From: an uncultured Magnetococcales bacterium
GTDB lineage: Bacteria > Pseudomonadota > Alphaproteobacteria > UBA2136
DNA: 64,000 nt
Reading direction: 5' to 3'
Assembly (NCBI GenBank): GCA_963974105.1
Contig: CAXBBG010000001.1
Location: forward strand, 445,256 to 509,255
The notes beneath the pieces were generated by a model. It was not told where the DNA came from and searched no databases. It saw nothing but the letters and a program-made list of their open reading frames with translations. A program made the position numbers and the translations under genes. The number at the start of each line of letters is the position of its first letter. Positions within the stretch are counted from its first letter, which is position 1. This document shows, one piece after another, positions 19,771 to 29,056 of the stretch.

Positions 19771-20610
19771 TTGGCTAAAACACATAAAAGCACTGTAAAT
19801 AAAGGATCTATGCCAATTTTAATATTAGCAGGGGCTGTCCTTTTTGTAGCGCTTATTCTAGAGCTTATACGTTTAGCGGCATATTCAGAAGTTGAATTTG
19901 ATACAGAAGATAAAACTGTGAATCAGCCTGTTAATGTACAAACTTCAGGTAATGTTTTCGATAATATACACAAGCAGTATCCTACGTATAAGGATGTAGC
20001 AAGTCAGTTGGTACAGCGTAAAATTACATTTGAACCACATAATTACGTGTTAGGGAATGCATCGAGTAAAGTTAAAGTTGTTATATTTAACGATAATGAC
20101 TGCGAGATTTGCCGTGCTGAGTCGCAACGTCTCACACGTGTTTTTAAGCCATTATTAAAAGACATTCTTGTTATTTACAAACATATGCCTGCCGATAAAA
20201 ATAAAGATTCTATGTCTGCTATTTTTGGTCAAATCGCCATTCGAAAAGGTGTTTATGATAAGTTCTTGAACGAGGTTTCTGCTTATAAAAGCGACTTGAA
20301 GACAACAGAAGATTATTTAGTTCTTTTGGAAAAAATAGGCGTTTCATTACAAGATCAGCGTCAAATTATGATAAATGATATGGCTAATATTTTAAAAAGT
20401 ATTCAAAATGACGTGGACCAAGCAACTGCAGCGGGTGCGTATGAGTCAAAGCATCAGCCTGTTATATATTTAAACGGTTATCAGTTGGGGCAACGCTATT
20501 TGCCTGAACATAAAATGATACATTATATTGAACGCTTATTAAAAGGCGAAGATATTGTACCAAAGGATGATGAGCAGGCGCTTCAAGACACGCAGAGTAC
20601 AGCGCCGTAA
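19771..20610 (+). CDS. Membrane-anchored thioredoxin-fold (DsbA-like) protein
   Basis: N-terminal TM anchor and a CxxC in VVIFNDNDCEICRAE. It sits in tandem with the DsbA-like gene upstream. Confidence 0.5.
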   Translation: MAKTHKSTVNKGSMPILILAGAVLFVALILELIRLAAYSEVEFDTEDKTVNQPVNVQTSGNVFDNIHKQYPTYKDVASQLVQRKITFEPHNYVLGNASSKVKVVIFNDNDCEICRAESQRLTRVFKPLLKDILVIYKHMPADKNKDSMSAIFGQIAIRKGVYDKFLNEVSAYKSDLKTTEDYLVLLEKIGVSLQDQRQIMINDMANILKSIQNDVDQATAAGAYESKHQPVIYLNGYQLGQRYLPEHKMIHYIERLLKGEDIVPKDDEQALQDTQSTAP

Positions 20611-20616
20611 TCTTAG

Positions 20617-20805
20617 TTAGCTTAAAGGCTTCTCTTCTTTTCTAAATGTATGTCCGCAGTAAGGGCATACAACCTCATTTTCTTTGCCGCCTTTAACTGT
20701 GAGGTAAACGCGTGGATGCTTGCTGAATTTAGGTCCGTCACAAGCAACTTTTTCTGTCGCTATATATGAAACTTTTTCGTCGTTTGATTTAATGTATTCA
20801 GACAT
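20617..20805 (-). CDS. zf-CHCC zinc-finger protein (NDUFS6-like)
   Basis: VACDGPKFSKHPRVYLTV...VVCPYCGHTF matches the C-H-C-C zinc-finger pattern. The likely start is the MSEYI Met at 20805; the track ORF extends to 20865. Confidence 0.55.
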   Translation of the reverse strand: MSEYIKSNDEKVSYIATEKVACDGPKFSKHPRVYLTVKGGKENEVVCPYCGHTFRKEEKPLS

Positions 20806-20893
20806 TTTATTTATCCATCTAAAATTGTTTTTATAAATGTGCCATATTTTAAAGATAGATGTCAAACAGCTTCATAATAAGCTTGATGTTTTA

Positions 20894-20970
20894 TGGTGCG
20901 CCCGAGAGGAGTTGAACCTCCGACCTTCGGTACCGGAAACCGATGCTCTATCCAACTGAGCTACGGACGC
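20894..20970 (-). tRNA. tRNA-Arg (anticodon CCG)
   Basis: Minus strand folds as a cloverleaf: acceptor stem GCGTCCG/CGGGCGC, D-arm TAGCTCAGTTGGATAGAGCA, anticodon stem TCGGT/ACCGA with loop TTCCGGT (anticodon CCG), T-arm GGAGG-TTCAACT-CCTCT, and an encoded ACCA 3' end. Confidence 0.85.
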
Positions 20971-21039
20971 TTGAAGGCTTATCATATCTTTTATGACTAA
21001 AAATGCAAAGAATATTACCTTTCCTCTTGATTAAAGGCT

Positions 21040-21357
21040 GTGTATACAGTAGTTGTGGGATGGTGGTTTTTAGTAGATTATTTCTTTCATTTTACCTATG
21101 ACGTGATTGATGTAGATAGTAACTTGCATATTTATATGTTAGAGCCATATGCCGCACAAATCATTTACTATCATCATGTTATTCAAAAGCCACTTATGTG
21201 GTTTACCATGGTTTCAGGTGGCGCGTTATTGTTTTGGAAGTGTTTGCTTGCAGGGGATGATGTGTATATAGAATTTACGAGGCGCACTTTTTTGGTGGTA
21301 CGTGGTATTGCTATTTTTCTTTTGGCTTTATTGCTTTATTTGGCTGGGGGTATCTGA
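21040..21357 (+). CDS. Hypothetical small membrane protein
   Basis: 105 aa with two predicted TM helices; no recognisable domain. Weak coding evidence. Confidence 0.25.
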   Translation: MYTVVVGWWFLVDYFFHFTYDVIDVDSNLHIYMLEPYAAQIIYYHHVIQKPLMWFTMVSGGALLFWKCLLAGDDVYIEFTRRTFLVVRGIAIFLLALLLYLAGGI

Positions 21358-21509
21358 CCTTTAAAAGTGCGAAAAAACTTTTTTGGGATCCGCGGCAAAT
21401 AAAAACGAGCAGTGCCGATAATATCCGTGCTGCAGAGTTTTATGAAAACCAAAAGGAAATTTGTAAGCAATACACACTATGTGCCGAGTCGTACTATACG
21501 CTTATTATT

Positions 21510-21710
21510 TTGATTGAATATATAAGGGAAGAACATGCTGAGGATATGGAAGACTTTACAGACTTAGATGCTTTAGTTGAAAAGTCTAAAAGTGAGGATG
21601 CATTCTTTAGCGACATTCAGTCACGGTTAAAGTTAGCTGAGCTTGATAAAGTTATGCCTTTTCGTTATGACTATCAGGTTAAAAAGCAAGAAACACAGCA
21701 AGACGTGTAA
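21510..21710 (+). CDS. Hypothetical small acidic protein
   Basis: 66 aa, followed by a rho-independent terminator. No recognisable domain. Confidence 0.25.
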   Translation: MIEYIREEHAEDMEDFTDLDALVEKSKSEDAFFSDIQSRLKLAELDKVMPFRYDYQVKKQETQQDV

Positions 21711-21728
21711 ATTGTTTATCGAAACAAA

Positions 21729-21757
21729 AGAAGTCACTTAGGTGGCTTCTTTTTTTG
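21729..21757 (+). terminator. Rho-independent terminator
   Basis: AGAAGTCAC-TTAG-GTGGCTTCT followed by TTTTTTT. Confidence 0.6.
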
Positions 21758-21803
21758 TGATACAGTTTGTGTGTTATTTTTTAAAAAACGTAAAGAGAAG
21801 ACG

Positions 21804-22823
21804 ATGACGATACATGTTTCCCCCCTTTTTGATGAGCTTGAACCGTTTAACACGGGTATGCTCAAAGTTTCTGATATGCATAGCTTGTATTATGAGGAAA
21901 GTGGAAATCCTCAAGGGGTGCCTGTATTGTTTTTGCATGGTGGCCCAGGGGCATGCTGCTCACCTAAAAATCGTCGTCGGTTCGACCCCGATGTTTTTCG
22001 TATTGTGATGTTTGACCAGCGCGGTTGTGGGCAAAGTACGCCGAATGCTTGCTTGGAAGAAAATACAACGCAGCACCTTGTTTTAGATATAAACGCCTTG
22101 CGTCTGCATTTAGGTATAGAAAAATGGATGGTGACGGGTGGTTCGTGGGGGAGTACATTGGCTTTGGTCTATGCTGTTGAATATCCTAGTCAGGTTACAG
22201 GGCTTGTTTTAAATGGTATATTTTTGGGGTATCAAGTTAATGTAGAATGGCTGCATGGCCCACACGGTGTCGCGCGTATTTTTCCAGAGGCTTACGATGA
22301 CTATTTAGCATTTTTACCAGAAGATGAAAGGGGAAGTCCTTTAGAGGCTTATAATAAAATTATAAACGGTAAAGATAAAGGGAAAGCTATTCAGGCAGCT
22401 GTTGCGATGATGACATATGAAGGCAAAGTGATGGCGATGGCTGAAAACACTTTAAAGGAAGAGTGTGAGCGTGCTGAGGCGATGCGCTTGATGACAGATG
22501 TGCAAAAAGCTGAAATGCAATTAGGTTTTGAAAGATTTGCTTTTACACATAGCCGATTAGAAGGATATTACAGTGAAAATACTTTCTTTTTGGAGGAAGA
22601 CTATATTTTAGATAATATCGATAAAATAAAGCATATCCCCACCGTGCTGGTGCATGGGCGTTATGATATGGTTTGTCCTGTTAAGAACGCTTACAAATTG
22701 CATCAATATTTGCCAAAAAGCAAGCTCACTATCGTACCAAATGCAGCGCATAGCACCAGCGAGATGATGGGTGAGGTGATGGGTGCTATTAAAGACATGG
22801 CAAAAATTGTATTAAATAGATAA
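21804..22823 (+). CDS. pip: Proline iminopeptidase (prolyl aminopeptidase, S33 alpha/beta hydrolase)
   Basis: LFLHGGPGACCSP...DQRGCGQSTP...GGSWGSTLAL (nucleophile elbow GxSxG), typical of the Pip family. The likely start is the ATG at 21804 (MTIHVSP). Confidence 0.85.
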   Translation: MTIHVSPLFDELEPFNTGMLKVSDMHSLYYEESGNPQGVPVLFLHGGPGACCSPKNRRRFDPDVFRIVMFDQRGCGQSTPNACLEENTTQHLVLDINALRLHLGIEKWMVTGGSWGSTLALVYAVEYPSQVTGLVLNGIFLGYQVNVEWLHGPHGVARIFPEAYDDYLAFLPEDERGSPLEAYNKIINGKDKGKAIQAAVAMMTYEGKVMAMAENTLKEECERAEAMRLMTDVQKAEMQLGFERFAFTHSRLEGYYSENTFFLEEDYILDNIDKIKHIPTVLVHGRYDMVCPVKNAYKLHQYLPKSKLTIVPNAAHSTSEMMGEVMGAIKDMAKIVLNR

Positions 22824-23408
22824 ACCGTCTACTTCAGGGTGAAGAATATCTTCACTTTTGCAAATGTTATATTCGTAAAGTAGGCGCTCTGCCATAATTG
22901 TGAATAGGTCACGCTTGACACGTTCAGCTGCTATTTTTCGCTCATAACCCATATAAAGCTGCAGCAGCTCTTCTTGAGATATGCCTTCTGGTGGAGATTT
23001 TTTAATTCTTTTGTATTCAATAATAAAGTCTTGATATGTCATTTCAGACCTATCGGCCAATCTAGATAATTTCCCTTCTTCAGCACTTAGATAAGTGCCA
23101 AAGGAGTCGCTTTTTAAAATACAGGTGTGCGCTGCCCTGGCGGCAAGGCGTACATCTTCAAATGCATCATTGGCAGATGAGATATCTGATAAAATATCAA
23201 GCTCTTCTTGGATACCTTGTTGCTGAAGAGAAAGTTCTTCTAAGCGTATACAAGCTTGATCACTTTGTGTGATGTTATGACAATTTTGACCTTGCCTCTC
23301 AAAGCTTTGCTTAATGTGTTCTTGTTGGTGCTGCACTGTTATCAGGCTTTCTTCAAGCTCTGCTTGCTTCTCTTCTATGGCTGTGTAGAGTATTTCCATG
23401 CAATTCAC
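22812..23408 (-). CDS. Hypothetical coiled-coil protein
   Basis: 198 aa, Gln/Glu-rich predicted coiled coil with no recognisable domain. Its 3' end overlaps the convergent pip stop by 12 nt. Confidence 0.3.
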   Translation of the reverse strand: MNCMEILYTAIEEKQAELEESLITVQHQQEHIKQSFERQGQNCHNITQSDQACIRLEELSLQQQGIQEELDILSDISSANDAFEDVRLAARAAHTCILKSDSFGTYLSAEEGKLSRLADRSEMTYQDFIIEYKRIKKSPPEGISQEELLQLYMGYERKIAAERVKRDLFTIMAERLLYEYNICKSEDILHPEVDGLSI

Positions 23409-23569
23409 CCTTTATTGTATGTTTATATATATTTGGGGAGATAAGGCTTTAAATTCAAGTTAATACATATAAATTTTTGAGATTTATATTAAAAATTTGC
23501 ACAAAGCGTAAAAATTTCATATATTTTGGGGGAATTTTTATTGTTCATAATACTGTAAGGGAAAAGAAA

Positions 23570-24016
23570 ATGACAGAAGCTGCTGTAAAGGCGATGGAAG
23601 TACAAGCGAAAATGTACCCAGAAGGCTACGTTCCAAGCGAAGAAGAAGAATACATGAACCCTGTTCAAGTAGCCTTCTTTAAAGATATGCTCTTAGACTG
23701 GCGTCTACAGTTAGAAGAGGAAAGCACCTCAACTGTAAAAGAGCTTAAAGAAAACTCTTCGATTGAACCTGACTTAAATGATCAAGCTTCTTTAGAGTAC
23801 GGCCAAACAGTTGAACTACGCACGAGAGATCGTGAGCGTAAATTGATTTCTAAAATTGATGAAGCTTTAGGGCGTATTGAAGACGGCGATTTTGGTTACT
23901 GTGAAGAAACAGGTGATCCTATTGGTGTAAAACGTTTACTTGCTAGGCCAATTGCAACGTTGTGTATCGAAGCAAAGCGTCGCCAAGAGAAGCAAGAAAC
24001 AGGATATGCAGGTTAA
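23570..24016 (+). CDS. dksA: RNA polymerase-binding transcription factor DksA
   Basis: DksA/TraR coiled coil, then a C-terminal CEETGDPIG...LCIEAKRRQE zinc-finger-like region. The start is the ATG at 23570 (MTEAAVKAMEV). Confidence 0.8.
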   Translation: MTEAAVKAMEVQAKMYPEGYVPSEEEEYMNPVQVAFFKDMLLDWRLQLEEESTSTVKELKENSSIEPDLNDQASLEYGQTVELRTRDRERKLISKIDEALGRIEDGDFGYCEETGDPIGVKRLLARPIATLCIEAKRRQEKQETGYAG

Positions 24017-24019
24017 TCA

Positions 24020-24202
24020 ATGTATTCACAAGAAGTAGACCCAAAGCTATTGGAGATACTTGTATGCCCAATTACTAAAAAGCCGCTTGTCTATGATAAA
24101 AAGGCAGGTGAATTGATTAGTAAATCTGCAAAACTCGCGTTCCCTATTAAAGATGGTATACCTGTTATGATAGTTGAAGAAGCGCGTGTTCTAGATAAAT
24201 AA
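24020..24202 (+). CDS. Trm112/YcaR-like small protein (UPF0434)
   Basis: [16 protein letters not shown]...[13 protein letters not shown] is the Trm112 signature. Confidence 0.7.
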   Translation: MYSQEVDPKLLEILVCPITKKPLVYDKKAGELISKSAKLAFPIKDGIPVMIVEEARVLDK

Positions 24203-24216
24203 GAACAGAAATGTGA

Positions 24217-24261
24217 ACAGATCCGCCTTATATGTTATAATGAGGCGGATCTGTTTTTTAA
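24217..24261 (+). terminator. Rho-independent terminator
   Basis: 11-bp stem ACAGATCCGCC/GGCGGATCTGT with a 16-nt loop, followed by TTTTTT. Confidence 0.65.
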
Positions 24262-24274
24262 GGATTGAAATAAA

Positions 24275-24628
24275 ATGTCACAGCCGATGGAAATACGCCT
24301 TCGAAGCGATAAAAAAAATCTAAGTATTGCTTTTAGTGCGGGTGAAATTTATGAATTTAGTGCAGAGTTTTTGAGGGTAGAATCACCTTCCGCAGAAGTA
24401 AAAGGACACGGCGCTGATCCTAAGCGCATTATTGCTGGTAAGCAAGATGTTGCTATTAAAAACATTGAACCTGTGGGGCATTATGCCGTGAAGTTCGTCT
24501 TTAGTGATGGGCATGCTTCTGGGCTGTATACGTGGAGTTATTTAAAAGAGCTTGGGGCTGACAAAGAAGAAATTTGGCAGACTTATTTAGAGAATTTAAA
24601 AAAACTAAACTTAAAGAGAGAAAATTAA
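24275..24628 (+). CDS. DUF971 protein (gamma-butyrobetaine hydroxylase-like N-terminal domain)
   Basis: LSIAFSAGEIYEFSAEFLRVESPSAE...GHYAVKFVFSDGHASGLYTWSYL matches the DUF971 pattern. Confidence 0.55.
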   Translation: MSQPMEIRLRSDKKNLSIAFSAGEIYEFSAEFLRVESPSAEVKGHGADPKRIIAGKQDVAIKNIEPVGHYAVKFVFSDGHASGLYTWSYLKELGADKEEIWQTYLENLKKLNLKREN

Positions 24629-25084
24629 ATGTATAAAAAAATACTTATAGCTGTTTTGTTGCTTGCAACACCTGTACAAGCTTACGCAGAAGAAACTGGT
24701 GTGATACTGAAAAAAATGTGGGCACGTGCCACGGTTGCAGGCGCAAGTACGGGTGTGATTTACGGCATTATTGAAAATAAGTCAGGTAAAGATGATGCGC
24801 TTATCTCTGTTAGTACGCCTGTTTCTCGTATGGCAATGATTCATCGTACAACGATGAATGATGAAGGTATTATGAATATGAGTCATATGGAAAAAGTGGT
24901 TTTAAAAAATGATACTTTTGTTGTGATGGAGCCTGGTGACATTCACATTATGTTGATGGGATTAGAACAAAAATTAACAGATGGTTACGATATTCCTGTT
25001 AAGTTTGAATTTGAAAATTCGCCAGCGCAAAATATCCGTGTGAAGGTTTATCCTATTTCAACGACTTGGAAAAACGTAGAATAA
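24629..25084 (+). CDS. Periplasmic copper chaperone PCu(A)C (DUF461)
   Basis: Signal peptide plus Met/His-rich copper motifs (MWARAT..., HRTTMNDEGIMNMSHMEK, HIMLMGL). Confidence 0.6.
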   Translation: MYKKILIAVLLLATPVQAYAEETGVILKKMWARATVAGASTGVIYGIIENKSGKDDALISVSTPVSRMAMIHRTTMNDEGIMNMSHMEKVVLKNDTFVVMEPGDIHIMLMGLEQKLTDGYDIPVKFEFENSPAQNIRVKVYPISTTWKNVE

Positions 25085-25085
25085 G

Positions 25086-25826
25086 GTGGCTAGAATTATG
25101 TTTTATATTTATGATGTTGATATGACTTTAGCTGAGTCGGATTGCTGTATGACAGATGAAATGGCCGATGTTTTTCGCCAAGCTATGGCAGGGAAATCAT
25201 ATTTTTTCTGCTCTGGTAGTGCTTTGGATAAAATGAAACAGCAAATACCTGAAGATATCACAGAAAATGCGGCGGGACTTTTGCCAGTTATGGGTGGCGA
25301 GCTTTGGAAAAATGGTGAGTTGGTTTACAGACGTGAATTTACATGGCCAGAAGGTCTGCGTGAAGATTTAGAAGCCACGCTTGAGCAGAGTCAATATCCT
25401 GAGCGTACAGGTGACCATTTGCAAGACCGTAAAACAATGGTTTGCTTTTCCACAGTAGGTAAAGCTGCTGATATGCCGGCTCGTAAACGCTATGAAGCAT
25501 GGGAAGAGCAAAATCGCGAACGTGAAATTTTTGCGAAAGAATTGGCTGCAAAATATCCATCACTTCATTTTTCTATTGGCGGTAAAACATCGGTAGATAT
25601 TAGCGAGCATGGCAATGATAAATCTCAAGCACTTAAAGCTATGCGTGAATATTATGGTGATGAGCCTGTTATGTTTTTTGGGGATCGTATGTATGAAGGT
25701 GGGAATGACTATCCATTAAGCGAAGCTTTACGTTTAGAAAGCGCACAAAACGTAACTGTCCCGGTCCAAAACCCAGAAGATACGATGCGTAAACTACAAG
25801 AGTTACTTTTACAGAAAGTATCTTGA
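25086..25826 (+). CDS. HAD-IIB hydrolase of the eukaryotic-type phosphomannomutase (PMM/Sec53) family, paralog 2
   Basis: Has the DVDMT HAD motif I. The C-terminus (SLHFSIGGKTSVDISEHGNDKSQAL...FFGDRMYEGGNDYPLSEAL...PEDTM) aligns closely with eukaryotic PMM ([21 protein letters not shown]...YFFGDKTMPGGNDHEIF...PEDT). Confidence 0.65.
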   Translation: MARIMFYIYDVDMTLAESDCCMTDEMADVFRQAMAGKSYFFCSGSALDKMKQQIPEDITENAAGLLPVMGGELWKNGELVYRREFTWPEGLREDLEATLEQSQYPERTGDHLQDRKTMVCFSTVGKAADMPARKRYEAWEEQNREREIFAKELAAKYPSLHFSIGGKTSVDISEHGNDKSQALKAMREYYGDEPVMFFGDRMYEGGNDYPLSEALRLESAQNVTVPVQNPEDTMRKLQELLLQKVS

Positions 25827-25844
25827 ATATAAAGGAACTTTACA

Positions 25845-26735
25845 ATGCCTGTGATTGAAGCGATTAACGTTAAAAAGAATTTTGGTGATTTTCAGGCTGT
25901 AAAAGGCGTGTCGTTTAATGTTCCAAAAGGCACGTGTGTTGGTTTGCTTGGCCCAAACGGTGCGGGTAAAACCACCACGATGCGTATGATTATGGGCTTA
26001 AGTTCTTTAAGCGAAGGTTCTTTGAATGTCTTTGGCGTTCCTGTTGACAAGGTGTCGCGCGCAGAAAAAATGCGTATCGGTCTTGTGCCACAGGAAGATA
26101 ACTTAGACCCAGATTTGTCAGTTAGGCAAAATTTGGAAGTATATGGTAGTTACTTTGGTTTAAATAAGTCTTACGTTCAAGAAAGATCGGCTGAACTTTT
26201 AGAGTTTATGCAGTTGACGGAAAAATCAGACAACCGTGTAAACCACTTAAGTGGTGGTATGAAGCGCCGTCTTATTATTGCGCGCTCTCTTATTGCTAAC
26301 CCTGACTTTGTTATTTTAGATGAACCAACAACAGGGCTTGACCCTCAAGCGCGTGTGCTTATATGGAAAAGCTTGCTTAAGCTAAAAGAAGAGGGGAAGA
26401 CACTTCTTTTGACAACGCATTATATGGATGAAGCGCAGCGTCTATGCGACAACATTGTGATTGTTGATGGAGGTAAAGTATTAGATGAAGGTTCTCCAAA
26501 AGTGCTTATTTCAAAACATGTGAAGGACCATGTTTTTGAAGTGATGAAACCTGTGCCAGCAGATTTAAATTCAAGCAATATTGACCGTGAAGATATCGGT
26601 GACGCTGTTTTATTTTACGTTAACGATATGACTAAAATAAAAGACATGTTGTCAGAAGGTGTGACGTATACACACCGAGAGTCGAACCTAGAAGATGTAT
26701 TTTTACGTTTAACTGGGCATAAGTTGCGAGATTAA
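25845..26735 (+). CDS. ABC transporter ATP-binding protein (ABC-2/NodI-like exporter ATPase)
   Basis: Walker A GPNGAGKTT, signature LSGGMKRR and Walker B ILDEPTTGLD. Confidence 0.85.
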   Translation: MPVIEAINVKKNFGDFQAVKGVSFNVPKGTCVGLLGPNGAGKTTTMRMIMGLSSLSEGSLNVFGVPVDKVSRAEKMRIGLVPQEDNLDPDLSVRQNLEVYGSYFGLNKSYVQERSAELLEFMQLTEKSDNRVNHLSGGMKRRLIIARSLIANPDFVILDEPTTGLDPQARVLIWKSLLKLKEEGKTLLLTTHYMDEAQRLCDNIVIVDGGKVLDEGSPKVLISKHVKDHVFEVMKPVPADLNSSNIDREDIGDAVLFYVNDMTKIKDMLSEGVTYTHRESNLEDVFLRLTGHKLRD

Positions 26736-27518
26736 ATGTTGGGATCTTTTTTTTCATACACAAATATTCATGCGCTTATGGTGCGCTATTTTATGGAATA
26801 TCGCCAATTGGCAAAAGTGCTTTTGCTTGGTGACGTTTTAGAGCGCGTTATATTTTTTATTGCCTTTGGTTTTGGTCTTGGGCGTGCGGTGAATCAAATT
26901 GCAGGTGTTGATTATATGACCTTTTTAGCACCTGGTATTGCAGCGGGATCTGGCTTGTTTGTTATGTTGGCTGCAACAACTTATGGTGCACATAATCGCT
27001 ATTCTTCAGCACGTATTTGGCAAAGTTGGCTTGCGACACCTATTAAACTGCAAGACTTATTGTTTGCAGAGATATTATTTCCAAGTATAAGGGCGCTGCC
27101 TTCACTCCTTATTTTGTATATGGTGGCTTACGGTTTTGGAGCGATACCTTCTGTTTCTGGTGCGTTGTTAAGTATCCCTATTTTACTTTTAGCAAACCTT
27201 GTTTACGGGGTTATTACACTGGCCATGGCCGGGCTATTGGGTCGCTTGCTTTATTTTAAATATATTCAAAGTTTGTGGATTATGCCGATGTATCTTTTTA
27301 GTGGTGTTTTCTTTAATTTAGATGATGCGCCTGTTTGGTTAAGTGCTTTTGCACAAATATTTCCGCTCACGCATGTGCTTGAAATTGTAAGGCCAATGGT
27401 ACTTGGTCAAAACGTTGAATTGTTTGATGTTTTATCACGTTTATGTGTTTTATTTATTATATTTGTGATTGGTTTTTATTTTGCGTTTAAATTTTTTAAA
27501 CGTCGCTTGTTTGATTAA
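26736..27518 (+). CDS. ABC-2 type transporter permease
   Basis: 260 aa with six predicted TM helices and ABC-2 permease topology, directly downstream of the ATPase. Confidence 0.7.
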   Translation: MLGSFFSYTNIHALMVRYFMEYRQLAKVLLLGDVLERVIFFIAFGFGLGRAVNQIAGVDYMTFLAPGIAAGSGLFVMLAATTYGAHNRYSSARIWQSWLATPIKLQDLLFAEILFPSIRALPSLLILYMVAYGFGAIPSVSGALLSIPILLLANLVYGVITLAMAGLLGRLLYFKYIQSLWIMPMYLFSGVFFNLDDAPVWLSAFAQIFPLTHVLEIVRPMVLGQNVELFDVLSRLCVLFIIFVIGFYFAFKFFKRRLFD

Positions 27519-27530
27519 GGAGCTTGTTAT

Positions 27531-28316
27531 ATGACGCATTTTATTAAAACAGTTTTTGCTTTATGGAAAAGGCATTACTTTGTTTGGAAGAGTATGTTTT
27601 GGCCTTCTTTAACGTCAAATGTCTTTAACCCTTTATTGTTTTTATTTTCATTTGGTTTTGGTATGGGTTCTATTATTGAAACGATGGAAGTTGGCGGGCA
27701 ACAGGTTTCTTATATGTCTTATATTATTCCAGGTATGATGGCTTACAGTGGTATGTTTGCGGCTAGCTTTGAAACGAGTATTTCAGCCTTTGCGCGTAGT
27801 CATATGCAAAGTTACTGGGATCAGGTTTTGTCTACACCTGCAAGGCTTTATCATCTGTTATGGGCAGAGATTTTCTGGGCAACATCTAAATCTTTGTTCG
27901 CTGTGGTTTGTGTGATGGCTGTTGGTTACGGTTTCGGAAGTATTGATGCGGGTCTTAGTATTTTACTGGTATTACCTGTGATGGCATTGGGATGCTTGTG
28001 TTTTTCAGCTTGCGGTATGGTGGCCACTTCCTTGGCAAGAAGTTTTGATATGTTTAGTTACTTCTTTACCTTTTGGGTAACACCTATGTTTATTTTTAGC
28101 GGTGTTTTCTTTCCTGTCACGCGTTTTCCTGAAGCGGTGCAAAATTTTGCCTTTTGTCTGCCTATGACGCACCTTGTTGATATTGTACGTGTGATTAGTG
28201 CCGACTTGCCTTTTGATGGCTTAGCTATTTTTTATAAAATGGCATATCTTGTTATTTTAACGGCAGTCGCTTATAGTGTTGCTTACCATAAAATGAAGAA
28301 AAGAATTTTTGACTAA
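27531..28316 (+). CDS. ABC-2 type transporter permease (second, paralogous)
   Basis: 261 aa with the same TM pattern as the previous ORF (shared FSGVFF and THxxxIVR motifs). Confidence 0.7.
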   Translation: MTHFIKTVFALWKRHYFVWKSMFWPSLTSNVFNPLLFLFSFGFGMGSIIETMEVGGQQVSYMSYIIPGMMAYSGMFAASFETSISAFARSHMQSYWDQVLSTPARLYHLLWAEIFWATSKSLFAVVCVMAVGYGFGSIDAGLSILLVLPVMALGCLCFSACGMVATSLARSFDMFSYFFTFWVTPMFIFSGVFFPVTRFPEAVQNFAFCLPMTHLVDIVRVISADLPFDGLAIFYKMAYLVILTAVAYSVAYHKMKKRIFD

Positions 28317-29035
28317 TGTCTAAATTGATTGAAATTGTATTCGATACAGAAACAACAGGTTTTGACCCTAAAACTGGGGATAAAATTGTTGAAATCGGGG
28401 CGTTGCGTATTTACGATAAAATGCGTACGGACGACCCTGCCGATACATTTCATTTATTGGTAAACCCTGAGCGTGACATTCCTGAAGAGGTTGTAAAAGT
28501 TCACGGTATTACAAATGAAAAGGTTAAAGATTCCCCAGTTTTTTCTGAAATTGCAGATGACTTTTTAGCTTTTATTGGCGACGCGCCTCTTGTTGCGCAT
28601 AACGCGTCTTTTGATATGCGTTTTATCAATGCGGAATTAGAAGCGATTGGGCGAGAACCTTTAAATAACCCTGTGGTGGATACCCTTGCCATCGCGCGCC
28701 GTAAGTTCCCTGGTTCGCGCGCAACTTTGGACGCACTTTGTTCAAGGTTTGAAGTGGACTTATCTGTGCGCGTATTTCACGGAGCTTTGCTCGATTCACA
28801 ACTTTTGGCTGACGTATATTTACATTTATGTGGCGGTTTGCAACACGGTTTTTCATTGGCAAGTGAAACATATTCATCGGACGATGATATACAGTTAGAT
28901 GTATTATCATTGGTAGGCGATGTGCGTGAAGAGCGCCTTTTTCCTGTACCTGAAGATGAAGCAAAAGCACATGAAGCTTTTGTAGAAAAAGTGGGCGCTA
29001 GCCTATGGTTTGATGGTGAAAAATCTTCTGACTAA
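28316..29035 (+). CDS. dnaQ: DNA polymerase III epsilon subunit (3'-5' exonuclease)
   Basis: Exo I FDTETTG, Exo II HNASFD and Exo III HGALLDSQLLADVY motifs. Confidence 0.85.
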   Translation: MSKLIEIVFDTETTGFDPKTGDKIVEIGALRIYDKMRTDDPADTFHLLVNPERDIPEEVVKVHGITNEKVKDSPVFSEIADDFLAFIGDAPLVAHNASFDMRFINAELEAIGREPLNNPVVDTLAIARRKFPGSRATLDALCSRFEVDLSVRVFHGALLDSQLLADVYLHLCGGLQHGFSLASETYSSDDDIQLDVLSLVGDVREERLFPVPEDEAKAHEAFVEKVGASLWFDGEKSSD

Positions 29036-29056
29036 CTTCTTGAATAAAAACTTTTT

